64,000 nt of DNA from Methanobacteriota archaeon. GTDB taxonomy: Archaea; Thermoplasmatota; DTKX01; VGTL01. The stretch spans positions 9,021 through 73,020 of the forward strand of contig VGTL01000002.1 in NCBI GenBank assembly GCA_016874675.1, in the 5' to 3' direction. The notes beneath the pieces were generated by a model, which ran no database searches, was not told the origin of the DNA, and saw only the letters and a list, made by a program, of their open reading frames with translations. Below, in pieces: positions 20,755 to 29,214 of the stretch. Within the stretch, counting starts at the first letter, position 1; each line of letters begins with the position of its first letter. A program made the translations under genes and the position numbers.

Positions 20755-21464
20755 TTGTCCACCTCCACCTGCGGGAGCTTGATCTCGGGCACCGTGACGC
20801 CTATCGTGAACACGTAGGGCCGGATGGTGTAGAAGCCCTCCTTGAACTTGACCAGGTTGGGCATCGGGTTCTTCTTCTCCTCGAAGCCGGCGATGGTGGC
20901 GAGCTCGCCGACGTGGTGGCCGCCGGTGAGCATGGCCAGGCTCCCCACCGCCTCGGGGAACGAGGCGAGGACCTTCTGGCCGGGGAGCTCGATTTTGAGC
21001 ACGTCGCCGGTCTTGTGCTCGTTTCTCTCGACCAGCATGTTGCGGCCGTCATGGAGGTTGAGCTGGACCCGCCCGCCCGGGACGACCTTCTTGTCCTCGA
21101 TGCGCACGAGCTTCCAGCGGGCCTCCTCGGGCCCGATGCGCTGGAGGACGAGCTTGCCCCGGCGGTCCTTGAGCACCCGGAAGTGCTCCCTGGTCTTGGG
21201 GATGGACAGCACGTCCATGAGCCCCAGCGGGAACTTGGGGTCGGTGACGATCCGGCCGTCGGCCAGGATGTTGCGCCCGCCGATTATCTGCTTGGCCTCC
21301 TGGTAGGTGTCGCAGTGGTGCAGCATGTCCCGGAGCACCACGGCGAGCGGCACCGCCTCGTCGATGGGGTGCGGGCCCGGGCTGGGCTTGGCTATCCAGT
21401 GCGAGGTCTTCCTCTCGACCCTCCAGGACCTCGGCGCCGTCAGGCGCTTCATGTGCTTGCTCAT
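20751..21464 (-). CDS. rps4e: 30S ribosomal protein S4e (eS4)
   Basis: MSKHMKRLTAPRSWRVERKTSHWIAKPSPGPH is the canonical S4e N-terminus. Confidence 0.9.
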   Translation of the reverse strand: MSKHMKRLTAPRSWRVERKTSHWIAKPSPGPHPIDEAVPLAVVLRDMLHHCDTYQEAKQIIGGRNILADGRIVTDPKFPLGLMDVLSIPKTREHFRVLKDRRGKLVLQRIGPEEARWKLVRIEDKKVVPGGRVQLNLHDGRNMLVERNEHKTGDVLKIELPGQKVLASFPEAVGSLAMLTGGHHVGELATIAGFEEKKNPMPNLVKFKEGFYTIRPYVFTIGVTVPEIKLPQVEVDK

Positions 21465-22138
21465 TTGCCTTCCTCCTTCGCATGGGATTGCTTGTGACCG
21501 GGCTTCGGCGCCTCCTTGTGCTCCGCCTTGGGCGCCTCCTTGGGCCCAATCCTCGAAGACTTCGCCTTTTCCTCCTCGGCCCGGGCCTTATCCTCCTCCG
21601 CCTCCGCCCCCGCCTCCCCTTCGGCCTTCTCCTTTTCCGCCTCCGCCCCCTCCTCCCCTTCGGCCTCGTCCTCCCCCTCGACGGCCTCCCCTTCCTCCTC
21701 CAGCTCCTCCTCGGTCCCCTTCTCCTCCTTCTCCTCCCTGTCCTCCTTCGCCCCGCGGGAGGGGGCCTTGAACTGCTGGAGCTTCTCGCGCCTCCAGGGG
21801 TCCGAGAGGTCGAGCTTCGTGATTATCACCTTGGACGGACGGAAGAGGCGCGCCACCTTCTTGTTGTCCGCCTTCGTCAGGGTGGCCTCCTCTATCGAGA
21901 TCATCCCCCGGCGGGGCACGACCTTGATGACCTTGGCGGTGTGCCCCTTGAACACGCCGCGCACGACCTTCACGGTGTCGCCCTTGCGCACCGTCACCGA
22001 ACGGACGCGGCTGTACTCCTTGAGCAGCTCGTCGCTGAGGTGCGCCGCCATAGCCCGTCCCCGGTCGTGGGCGTTCATGTTGTAGCGGGCCAGTCTCTGC
22101 TTCCTGGGTTGGCTGGAGTAAGACCTCATCGTCCTCAC
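21461..22138 (-). CDS. rpl24: 50S ribosomal protein L24 (uL24) with ~100-aa acidic (Glu-rich) C-terminal extension
   Basis: N-terminal KOW domain (SQPRKQRLARYNMNAHDRGRAMAAHLSDELLKEYSRVRSVTVRKGDTVKVVRGVFKGHTAKV). Tail is EEKEEKGTEEELEEEGEAVEGEDEAEGEEG..., encoded by GAG/GAA purine repeats. Confidence 0.9.
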   Translation of the reverse strand: MRTMRSYSSQPRKQRLARYNMNAHDRGRAMAAHLSDELLKEYSRVRSVTVRKGDTVKVVRGVFKGHTAKVIKVVPRRGMISIEEATLTKADNKKVARLFRPSKVIITKLDLSDPWRREKLQQFKAPSRGAKEDREEKEEKGTEEELEEEGEAVEGEDEAEGEEGAEAEKEKAEGEAGAEAEEDKARAEEEKAKSSRIGPKEAPKAEHKEAPKPGHKQSHAKEEGK

Positions 22139-22139
22139 C

Positions 22140-22538
22140 TCAGACTATCATCGCGGCCTTGGCCGCCACCATCGCCCACCGCTCGGCCGCCTCGCGCGCC
22201 ACCGGGCCCTTGATGTCCGAGCCCTTGACCTCGCCCGTCTCCGTCACTATTATCGCGGCGTTGTCCTCGAACTCCACCATCGTCCCGTCTGGCCGCCGGA
22301 AGGGCCGGCGCTGGCGGATCACCACCGCGCGCACGACCTGCTTGCGCATCTCGGGGGTGCCCTTCTTCACCGCGACCACGATGACATCGGCCACCCCGGC
22401 CGCGGGATACCGCCGGTGAACGCCGTGGAGCTTGGGGACGTCGATTATCTGGACCACCTTCGCGCCGGTGTTGTCGACGCAGTCGAGGCGGGCTCCCTTG
22501 GGCAACCCCCTCGTGACATTCGCTGGAACCGCCTTCAA
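22140..22538 (-). CDS. rpl14: 50S ribosomal protein L14 (uL14)
   Basis: GARLDCVDNTGAKVVQIIDV is the L14 signature. Confidence 0.9.
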   Translation of the reverse strand: MKAVPANVTRGLPKGARLDCVDNTGAKVVQIIDVPKLHGVHRRYPAAGVADVIVVAVKKGTPEMRKQVVRAVVIRQRRPFRRPDGTMVEFEDNAAIIVTETGEVKGSDIKGPVAREAAERWAMVAAKAAMIV

Positions 22539-22550
22539 CGCCCATCCCTC

Positions 22551-23120
22551 CTATTCGGCCCTCTCCTTCCGCTCGGAGTGCTTGCTCACTATCGTGAACG
22601 CCACGGTCTTGCTCAGGGGCCGGCACTCCATGACGGTCACCCTGTCCCCCGTCCGGGCCCCGATGCAGGGCGGGCTGTGCACGGACATGCGGCTGGTGCG
22701 CTTGAGGTAGCGCTCGTACTTGGGGACGTAGACCAGCCTCTCCCGCCTTATGACGGCGCTCTTGTCCATCCCGTCGGAGACCACCTCGCCCTCGAATATC
22801 TGGCCCCGGACGGGGAGCCTCCCGTGGAAGGGGCAGTTTCGGTCGGTGCAGGCCTTCGCCGGCGGCCTGACGTCTATCCCGATGTTGGTCTTGCCGACCG
22901 GCTTGGGCCTGGCCGCCTTGGGGGCGGGCGCCTTCTTCCTGGACGCGGCATTCGGCGCGGCCGCCTTGGCCGCCCGGTGCTCCCTGGCCGGCTCGTGCTC
23001 GGCCGTCCGGTGCTCCTTTTGGGCCTCCTTGTCATGCGCCGGCCTGTGCGGCCTCGCTTCCTTGTCGACCGGCTTCTTGACAGTCTCGTTCTCTTCAGCC
23101 ATTTTCCCACTCACCTGCAT
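22551..23120 (-). CDS. rps17: 30S ribosomal protein S17 (uS17) with basic/His-rich N-terminal extension
   Basis: C-terminal OB fold (GQIFEGEVVSDGMDKSAVIRRERLVYVPKYERYLKRTSRMSVHSP). Start may be the internal ATG 23102 (MAEENE), which avoids overlap with the rnp1 stop. Confidence 0.85.
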   Translation of the reverse strand: MQVSGKMAEENETVKKPVDKEARPHRPAHDKEAQKEHRTAEHEPAREHRAAKAAAPNAASRKKAPAPKAARPKPVGKTNIGIDVRPPAKACTDRNCPFHGRLPVRGQIFEGEVVSDGMDKSAVIRRERLVYVPKYERYLKRTSRMSVHSPPCIGARTGDRVTVMECRPLSKTVAFTIVSKHSERKERAE

Positions 23121-23386
23121 CTCTTTACACGGTCCTCGGGCCTGAACGCGATAAAGCTCCCCTCGAGCTCCGCGAATGTCCCGTTGGGGAGGGCGAACCT
23201 GAAGGCGCAGCCTGCCTTGGGCACCCGGATGGCCCGCCGGCCATCGGCGCGCTCTAGCACCAGGGTGTTGCGGGTCTCGTCGACCACCCGCCCCTCGACG
23301 CCCTCGACCGAGGGGTCGGGGCTCCGGGACACCCTGACCGAAAGCCCGATGAGCTCGTGCCTGGCCAGATTGCCTTGCGTCCTCAT
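23111..23386 (-). CDS. rnp1: RNase P protein component 1 (Rpp29/Pop4)
   Basis: 91 aa: LIGLSVRVSRSPDPSVEGVEGRVVDETRNTLVLE. Conserved archaeal position between SUI1/L29 and S17. Confidence 0.8.
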   Translation of the reverse strand: MRTQGNLARHELIGLSVRVSRSPDPSVEGVEGRVVDETRNTLVLERADGRRAIRVPKAGCAFRFALPNGTFAELEGSFIAFRPEDRVKRCR

Positions 23387-23453
23387 GCCGTCTCCTCCCC
23401 TGCTGTCCGTCCGCGTGGTCCCGGCCGCCCGCCCGGGCGGCCCGCCCGGCCGC

Positions 23454-23753
23454 CTACGAGACCGATATCGGAAAACCGAGCTCCTGGAGGACCGCCTCCA
23501 CCTTGCGCTTGTGGTCCCCCTGCAGCTCGATCTTGCCGTCCTTCACGGTCCCTCCCGCGGCGCACTTGGTCTTCAGCTGGCGGGCGAGGTCGTCGATGTC
23601 GATGTCGGAGGCGTCGATGCCCTCGACGATCGTCACTATCTTCCCGTAGCGGCGCTTGGCGGTGGTGATGCGTATCTCCTGCTGCTCCCGGGCTATCTCC
23701 TCGCACGCGCATATCTCCTTGGGCAACCCGCACGTCGGACAGATTCCAGCCAT
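23454..23753 (-). CDS. translation initiation factor SUI1 (aSUI1/eIF1)
   Basis: SUI1 domain ([67 protein letters not shown]) with N-terminal CPTCG...CAC zinc ribbon. Confidence 0.85.
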   Translation of the reverse strand: MAGICPTCGLPKEICACEEIAREQQEIRITTAKRRYGKIVTIVEGIDASDIDIDDLARQLKTKCAAGGTVKDGKIELQGDHKRKVEAVLQELGFPISVS

Positions 23754-23779
23754 GTCTGCTCACATCCTCCTTTCCCCTA

Positions 23780-23995
23780 CTAGGACTTTTCGCCCTTCTC
23801 CTTCATTACAGTCAGCACTCGCGCGACCGCGGTGCGCATCGCCCGGATCTTGCCGGGGCTCGGGGGCGCGCCGCCCATCGCGGCCTGCCCGCGGGCGTGC
23901 ATGAGCTCGTCGCGGGTCTCCTTGAGCTTCACCTTCCGCTCCTCGGGGCTCATCTCCCGGATGGCCCTGATGTTCATCGGCGAGACCATCTCCAA
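23780..23995 (-). CDS. rpl29: 50S ribosomal protein L29 (uL29)
   Basis: IREMSPEERKVKLKETRDELMHARGQAAMGG is the L29 signature. Confidence 0.85.
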   Translation of the reverse strand: MEMVSPMNIRAIREMSPEERKVKLKETRDELMHARGQAAMGGAPPSPGKIRAMRTAVARVLTVMKEKGEKS

Positions 23996-24781
23996 TCACG
24001 CCCCCTGACCATCGGCGCCCTTCTTCGCGGCCGGCGGGGGCGCCTCGGGCTTCTGCGGCTGCTGCACCTGGTCGGGCTTCCTTTCGGATGCCGGCGGCTC
24101 CGGCGGCCTTCCCGCCGGCTGCGTCTCCGGCCTCCCGGGCGCGGGCGCGCCCGGCGCCGGCTGGGCCTGCGCCCCCTCGGCCCCCGCCTGCTCCTTTATC
24201 CTTATCTCGTCGGGAAGCCGGGCGTCCGGCCACATTATCTGGACCTTTATGCCGATTATCCCGGGCTTCTTCTTGGCGACGGCGAACCCGGTCTTCATGA
24301 AGAGCTGCTTGGGCTCCCCGCAGTACTTGATGTGTCCCTCCCGGAACTTCTCGGTCCGGTGCCTCTCGCCGGTGAGCTTCCCCGAGATTATGACCTGGCA
24401 GCCGCGGGCCCCCGCCTCCATTATCCTTCTCACGGTGGAGTGCCCGGCCCGCCGGAAGTGCCAGCCCCGCTCTATGGCCGAGGCGAGCTTCTGGGCCATG
24501 ATGTGGGGGTTGAGGTTGGGGTCGCGGTCCTCCTGGACCTCTATCTGGGGATTGTCGAACTTGAACCGGTTCTCGACGACTTCGGTGAGGTCCTTGATGC
24601 TGGCCCCGCGCTGGCCGATTATCATGCCGGGGCGCTCGGCCACCAGCGTGATGCGGGTGCCCATGGGGGTCCTCTGGATGTCCAGGCCGCCGAATCCCGC
24701 CTTCTCGGTCTCCTTCATTATGTACTCCTTGAGCAGGACCCTCCGGATGTTCTCGGTGACGAGCTTGCGTTCTGCGACCAT
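23996..24781 (-). CDS. rps3: 30S ribosomal protein S3 (uS3) with Pro/Ala/Gln-rich C-terminal extension
   Basis: KH domain (GMIIGQRGASIKDLTEVV) and S3 C-terminal domain. ~50-aa low-complexity tail. Confidence 0.9.
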   Translation of the reverse strand: MVAERKLVTENIRRVLLKEYIMKETEKAGFGGLDIQRTPMGTRITLVAERPGMIIGQRGASIKDLTEVVENRFKFDNPQIEVQEDRDPNLNPHIMAQKLASAIERGWHFRRAGHSTVRRIMEAGARGCQVIISGKLTGERHRTEKFREGHIKYCGEPKQLFMKTGFAVAKKKPGIIGIKVQIMWPDARLPDEIRIKEQAGAEGAQAQPAPGAPAPGRPETQPAGRPPEPPASERKPDQVQQPQKPEAPPPAAKKGADGQGA

Positions 24782-24782
24782 C

Positions 24783-25244
24783 CTATTCCTCCAGCTTCTC
24801 CAGTACTATCTCGACGTTGACCGTCTGGCGGTCCTTCTGGGTCCAGCGCCCGTGGGCCCGGGGCATCCTCTGGTGCCAGGTCCGCCCGTGGTGGGCGGCG
24901 GCCACCGCCACCCGGAGCGCCTCCGTGTCGAAGCCCTTGTACTCGGCGTTGCTCTCGGCGTCGGTGAGAACGTAGAGGACGTGCTTGGCCACCTTCCGGG
25001 GGAACCTCCCCGGGCCGACGCCGCCCTTCTGGTGGACGATCTGGTAAAGGTGGCGCCTGTACGGCACCGCCACCTTCCCGGCGATGACGCCCTCGAGCAG
25101 GCTGCGGGCCTTCTCTATCGGCAGCCCCCTTATCGCCCGGCAGACCTCCACGGCGCCCTTGGGCGAGATGGGCATCTCCTTGCCTATCGACCGGGCGGTC
25201 TTCTCCGGGTCGGTCTGGACCGTGTATCCGGCGTGCTTTGCCAT
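24783..25244 (-). CDS. rpl22: 50S ribosomal protein L22 (uL22)
   Basis: ISPKGAVEVCRAIRGLPIEKARSLLEGV is the L22 signature. Confidence 0.9.
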   Translation of the reverse strand: MAKHAGYTVQTDPEKTARSIGKEMPISPKGAVEVCRAIRGLPIEKARSLLEGVIAGKVAVPYRRHLYQIVHQKGGVGPGRFPRKVAKHVLYVLTDAESNAEYKGFDTEALRVAVAAAHHGRTWHQRMPRAHGRWTQKDRQTVNVEIVLEKLEE

Positions 25245-25345
25245 CCTTGCACCCTCCTTCCTCTTCTCCCCTTCCCGTCCTTCCCTCTCTCCCCTTTCCT
25301 TTCTTCCTTCTTCCCCGCACCCTGCGCCCTGCGCCCCGCACCCCG
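25245..25345 (+). repeat. C-rich heptad array (single arm) between rps19 stop and rpl22 start
   Basis: ccttcctcttctccccttcc...ccccgcaccctgcgccctgcgccccgcaccccgcgcgc. On the mRNA (minus) strand this is a purine-rich GCGCAGG/GAAGGAA leader ending in GGAGGGTGCAAGG ATG (the rpl22 RBS). Confidence 0.75.
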
Positions 25346-25350
25346 CGCGC

Positions 25351-25824
25351 TCACTTGAGCGGCATGAACTTGGACGACCTCGTGGCGCCCACGCCGGGCC
25401 CGGCGTGCTTCATGAACCTGCGGGTCAGGGCGAACTCCCCAAGGTAGTGCCCGATCATCTCGGGGATTATCTCGACGATCTTGAAATCGTTGCCCTTGTG
25501 GACGCCGATTCTTTTGCCGACGAGCTCCGGGAGCACTATCACATCGCGGCAGTGCGTCTCGACCACCTCGCGGCCGCCCTTGCGGACGGCCTCCCAGAAC
25601 TTGCGGGCGTCCTCGCTGGGGCCGCGGCGCAGGCAGCGGCGCGCCCGGGCGGTGAGCAGGGGCGCAAGCTCCTCGAGCGGCATCGCCCGGAGCTCCTCGA
25701 GCGTGTAGCCGCGGTAGGTGAACTCCTTCTTCCTGCGGCCCAGGAGCTTGCCGACCTTCTTCCGGGCCCTCCTGCGGCTCGCCTTCCCCGAGCCTGCGAA
25801 CTTCTCGTCAGCCATGGTGGACAC
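25351..25824 (-). CDS. rps19: 30S ribosomal protein S19 (uS19)
   Basis: KEFTYRGYTLEELRAMPLEEL ... GKRIGVHKGNDFKIVEIIPEMIGHYLGEFA is canonical S19. Confidence 0.9.
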   Translation of the reverse strand: MSTMADEKFAGSGKASRRRARKKVGKLLGRRKKEFTYRGYTLEELRAMPLEELAPLLTARARRCLRRGPSEDARKFWEAVRKGGREVVETHCRDVIVLPELVGKRIGVHKGNDFKIVEIIPEMIGHYLGEFALTRRFMKHAGPGVGATRSSKFMPLK

Positions 25825-25825
25825 C

Positions 25826-26536
25826 TCACCTCTTCCTCTTCTTCCGCTGCGGGCTCAGCCGGCCGACCTTCTGGCCGGGCCACGAGCCGCGCCCGACGGT
25901 CGAGGGCCTCCCGACATGCGGGTGGCCGCCGCCTCCGTGCGGGTGGTCGATCGGGTTCTTCGAAAGCCCCTTCACGTTGGGGAATATGACCGCCGTGGAG
26001 CGGAGGGCCCAGAACTTCTTGCCGGCCTTCGCGAACGGCTTCTCCTTCCGGCCGCCACCGGCGGTGAAGCCGACCGTGGCCCGGCAGAGCGGGCTGAGGG
26101 CCTTGAACGCCCCCGAGGGGAGCTGCACCACGGTCAGCCGGCCCTGGCTGGTGATCGTGGCGCCCACGCCGCCGGCACGGGCGAACTTGCCCCCGTCCCC
26201 CGGCCTGGCCTCGACGTTGTGGACCTGGACGCCGACCGGTATCCTCCCGACGGGCAGGGTGTTGCCCACCTCCACGGGGGCGTCGGAGCCGACGCGGACC
26301 TGCTGGCCCACCTGGACGCTGTCGGGCGCTATGACCAGCGCCTCGGCCGTCCTGCCCCGGTCCTCGAAGACGACGCGCGCAAGGGGCGTCGTGCGGCCGC
26401 GGGCGTGGAAGAGCTCCTCGACCGTCCCGGTGCAGCTTGCGGAGGGTATGTGCCGGATGTCGCCCCTGTGCTGGTGGCCCGGCGAGCCGTACACGCCGCC
26501 CTTGCCCCTCCTTCGGACTATGATGCGCTTCCCCAT
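25826..26536 (-). CDS. rpl2: 50S ribosomal protein L2 (uL2)
   Basis: MGKRIIVRRRGKGG...; conserved PHGGGGHPHVGRPSTV and C-terminal KKRKR. Confidence 0.92.
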   Translation of the reverse strand: MGKRIIVRRRGKGGVYGSPGHQHRGDIRHIPSASCTGTVEELFHARGRTTPLARVVFEDRGRTAEALVIAPDSVQVGQQVRVGSDAPVEVGNTLPVGRIPVGVQVHNVEARPGDGGKFARAGGVGATITSQGRLTVVQLPSGAFKALSPLCRATVGFTAGGGRKEKPFAKAGKKFWALRSTAVIFPNVKGLSKNPIDHPHGGGGHPHVGRPSTVGRGSWPGQKVGRLSPQRKKRKR

Positions 26537-26547
26537 ATCCGGTCCCC

Positions 26548-26811
26548 CTAGAACACCCCTATCCTCATGCCGAGGTCCTCGGCCGAGTAGTCCTTCGTGA
26601 GTTTGACTATGGCGTGCTTTCCCTCCGAGTTTATGAACGTGTTGACGGACTGCACCTTGACCTCGAAGAGGGCTTCGACCGCGAGCTTCACGTCCTTCTT
26701 GTTGGCCCGCCGGTCGACGATGAACTCGAGCTTGTTCTGCTCGGACATGAGGTTCATGGTCTTTTCCGTGACGTGCGGGTGGTAGACCACCGTGTACGGG
26801 TCCTTGCTCAT
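26548..26811 (-). CDS. rpl23: 50S ribosomal protein L23 (uL23)
   Basis: MSKDPYTVVYHPHVTEKTMNLMSEQNKLEFIVDRRANKKDVKLAVEALF. ORF track start 27396 is an artefactual upstream extension; ATG 26811 is chosen, abutting the L4 stop. Confidence 0.85.
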   Translation of the reverse strand: MSKDPYTVVYHPHVTEKTMNLMSEQNKLEFIVDRRANKKDVKLAVEALFEVKVQSVNTFINSEGKHAIVKLTKDYSAEDLGMRIGVF

Positions 26812-27626
26812 GATCTCCACCTCCGCAGCTCCTCGATGGCGCTCTCGGTGAAGACCGAGAGCCTCCCCGGGTCGCCGCCGGGGGCCAAAAGCTCGGTGTT
26901 GAGCTGGCGCGGCGTGACGATGTCCACGCCGGCCAGGTTGCGCGCGCCCTTCTCCACGCCGTCCTTGCGCGAGACCACTATGAGCACGCTGCGGGGCGAG
27001 CGGAACCGGCGGCCGCGAATCTTGCCCACCCCGGCGCGCACATGCTTGCCCCTCCAGGCCCGGGCGATGTCGTCGTACACCCCGACCTTCTGCAGGACCT
27101 CGATGACGTCGCGGGTGGCGTCCACCTTCTCGAAATCGTCCTCGAGGACCACCGGGAGCGTCAGCCCCTCCTTGAAGCGGTGGCCCCGGCGGGCGACGAG
27201 ATCGGCGCGGACGCAGGCGCCCAGCGCCGAGGCCCGGGCGCCCAGCCTCTCCTTGTGGTTGATCTTTTTCTCCCAGACCCTCTCGGGGCGGGGCGGGTTG
27301 GCCGGGCGGCCGCCCACCGTGCAGGGCGCCTGGGCGCCCCGGGACTGGCCCTTGAGGCGCGTGACGCGGCTTGCGCCCCGTCCCTTGCCCCACCACTCGA
27401 CGCTGTGCCTCATCCCGGCGCGCTCGTTCGGGCCGTAGGGCTGGCGGCGGCCCGCCCGGATGGCCAAAACGTCCCTCCGGATGAGGTCCTGGCGGAGCGG
27501 GCTGGAGAAGACCTCCGGGAGGTCGACCGTGCGGGATTTCTCGCCCTTCATCGTGTAGATGTTGACGCTCGCGCCACCGTGCCCCGGCTTCGGGCGGGCT
27601 TCCCTGGCATGCTCCTTTTCAGCCAT
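26808..27626 (-). CDS. rpl4: 50S ribosomal protein L4 (uL4)
   Basis: VNIYTMKGEKSRTVDLPEVFSSPLRQDLIRRDVLAIRAGRRQPYGP is canonical archaeal L4. ATG 27626 is chosen (the ORF track extension overlaps L3). Confidence 0.88.
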   Translation of the reverse strand: MAEKEHAREARPKPGHGGASVNIYTMKGEKSRTVDLPEVFSSPLRQDLIRRDVLAIRAGRRQPYGPNERAGMRHSVEWWGKGRGASRVTRLKGQSRGAQAPCTVGGRPANPPRPERVWEKKINHKERLGARASALGACVRADLVARRGHRFKEGLTLPVVLEDDFEKVDATRDVIEVLQKVGVYDDIARAWRGKHVRAGVGKIRGRRFRSPRSVLIVVSRKDGVEKGARNLAGVDIVTPRQLNTELLAPGGDPGRLSVFTESAIEELRRWRS

Positions 27627-27639
27627 TCCCCATACCCCC

Positions 27640-28863
27640 TCACGCACCCTGCTTCGACTCCTTCGAGATGTAGAGCACCTCGGTCTTCTCGGTTTCGGGG
27701 CCCTGCCACCGGATGGCGTCGCGCAGCTTGATGAGCCGCTTGGCGGGCCCGGGCACGGACCCCTGGATGAGGACGTAGCCGTTGCGGACACTGCCGTAGC
27801 CCAGGAAGCCGCCGGCGGGCGTCACCTCCTCGCCCCTGTCGCCGACCTTGAGGATGCGCTTGTTGAACTCGGTCCTCTGGTGCAGGCCCAGCTGCCCCGA
27901 CTGGGGGACCGTGCGCTGCACGTAGCTCGGGAAGTGCGGGCCCAGCGTGCCTATCATTCGCCGGTGCTTGCTGTTCTTGTGCGAGAGCAGCTTGGGGTGC
28001 CATTTCTTTATCGTGCCGGAGAAGCCCTTGCCCTTCGTCACCCCGGCAACGTCCACCATGAGCCCGTCCTCGGCGAACTGCTCTACCTTGAGCTCCTTTC
28101 CCAGGAGGCCCTTCGCGAACTCGACGCGCTGGTCGACGGTCCCGCCGCCGATCCGGACCTCCATCAGGTCGGGGACCTTCTTGGGCACGCCCGAGACGAG
28201 ATGCGGCTGGGTGTGCACCAGAAGCCTCACATCCTCGATCGCGGCCCGGTCCAGCTTCTTGAACCTCTCGATTGTCCCGCCTGAAAGCGACTCTTCGTGC
28301 TTCCTCTTCTTGCCCTTCCCTTCCTTGTCGCCCTTCTCTCCCTTGCCGCCCTTCTCCTCCGCCTCCGTCTCCGCCCTCTCCGCCTCCTCCCCCTTTCTGC
28401 CTTCCGTAGACGAGCTTCGCTCGTCTCGGCCTAAAAGACCGGCCCGCCGGTCTTTCAAGGTCTGCCTTTCTCCCTTCCTGCCCTCGTCCTTCCCCGCCCC
28501 CTCCGTATCGACGGTGAGCAGCCGCCCCAGGTGCTTCTCCAGCCGGTCGGCCCATATCTCGGTCGAGGTCTTCAGGCCGTAGGGAGAGCCCGAGTAGAAG
28601 CGGACCGCAACGGCCCGCATCGGCGGCACCTCGAGGACCGTCACCGGCGATTGAATCTCCTGGTCGGCGGTGGGGCTGTTCTTGTTCGGGTCGCGGACGA
28701 TGGCGTGGGTCATGCCCGCCTTGTAGCCGGCGAAGCCCTGCAGGCGCGGCGGCTGGGAGGCCCCGCGCTCGGGCCAGGCGTTGAAGTGGGCCCGGTGGCT
28801 CTGTATCCTCTTTCGGGGCCAGTAGCCCCTCGATCCGCGCTTCGGATGGCTCTTCTGCGCCAT
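27640..28863 (-). CDS. rpl3: 50S ribosomal protein L3 (uL3) carrying ~70-aa in-frame low-complexity insertion
   Basis: MAQKSHPKRGSRGYWPRKRIQSHRAHF...FAGYKAGMTH is the canonical L3 N-terminus, and the C-terminal region is conserved. RBS GGAGGAAA before ATG 28863. Internal segment EGAGKDEGRKGERQTLKDRRAGLLGRDERSSSTEGRKGEEAERAETEAEEKGGKGEKGDKEGKGKKRKHEE is encoded by repeat-family sequence. Confidence 0.9.
   Translation of the reverse strand: MAQKSHPKRGSRGYWPRKRIQSHRAHFNAWPERGASQPPRLQGFAGYKAGMTHAIVRDPNKNSPTADQEIQSPVTVLEVPPMRAVAVRFYSGSPYGLKTSTEIWADRLEKHLGRLLTVDTEGAGKDEGRKGERQTLKDRRAGLLGRDERSSSTEGRKGEEAERAETEAEEKGGKGEKGDKEGKGKKRKHEESLSGGTIERFKKLDRAAIEDVRLLVHTQPHLVSGVPKKVPDLMEVRIGGGTVDQRVEFAKGLLGKELKVEQFAEDGLMVDVAGVTKGKGFSGTIKKWHPKLLSHKNSKHRRMIGTLGPHFPSYVQRTVPQSGQLGLHQRTEFNKRILKVGDRGEEVTPAGGFLGYGSVRNGYVLIQGSVPGPAKRLIKLRDAIRWQGPETEKTEVLYISKESKQGA
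28290..28500 (+). repeat. repeat-family sequence (heptads + two small hairpins) embedded in-frame in the rpl3 coding region
   Basis: Plus strand reads cttcccttccttgtcgcccttctctcccttgccgcccttctcc...cctttctgccttccgtagacgagcttcgctcgtctcgg cctaaaagaccggcccgccggtctttcaagg tctgcctttctcccttcctgcc. Contains the 21-mer ctgcctttctcccttcctgcc (28462..28482), the reverse complement of the 21-mer at 13228 and 29217. Confidence 0.8.
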
Positions 28864-29188
28864 GTCGTTTCCTCCTTTGCCGTGAGCGGGCGCGCTTTTC
28901 GGAGCTTTTGGCGCCAGCCGCCTGGGCAAGCGCTCTCCGGCCTGCGTAGGCCCGCCTCGAACTGCTCCGCGGGGGTTCACGGGTCCGGCCGCGTGCGCCT
29001 GTGGCGCCGGGGACCGTCGGTCCGCCGCGGCACTTTGCGACACAAACCGTAACGCTTAGCGCCGCGGCCATAACGGGTGGCCGCCGCGCCACAGGGGTAA
29101 TTTCCGGTTAACCCTTTGGCGTTGGGTTTGCGCCCCGCCTTGCATTTCGCTCCCCGGCTTTTCCGGGGAACGGTCGATAGAAGTTCCC

Positions 29189-29198
29189 CTATATAAAC
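29189..29198 (-). promoter_or_regulatory. TATA box (cTATATAAAc) of the main ribosomal-protein (L3) operon
   Basis: Strong TATATAAA in the AT-rich island 29180..29215, ~325 nt upstream of the rpl3 ATG on the minus strand. Nearly palindromic, so it could also fire on the plus strand. Confidence 0.4.
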
Positions 29199-29214
29199 TA
29201 TACTATGTAATAAG

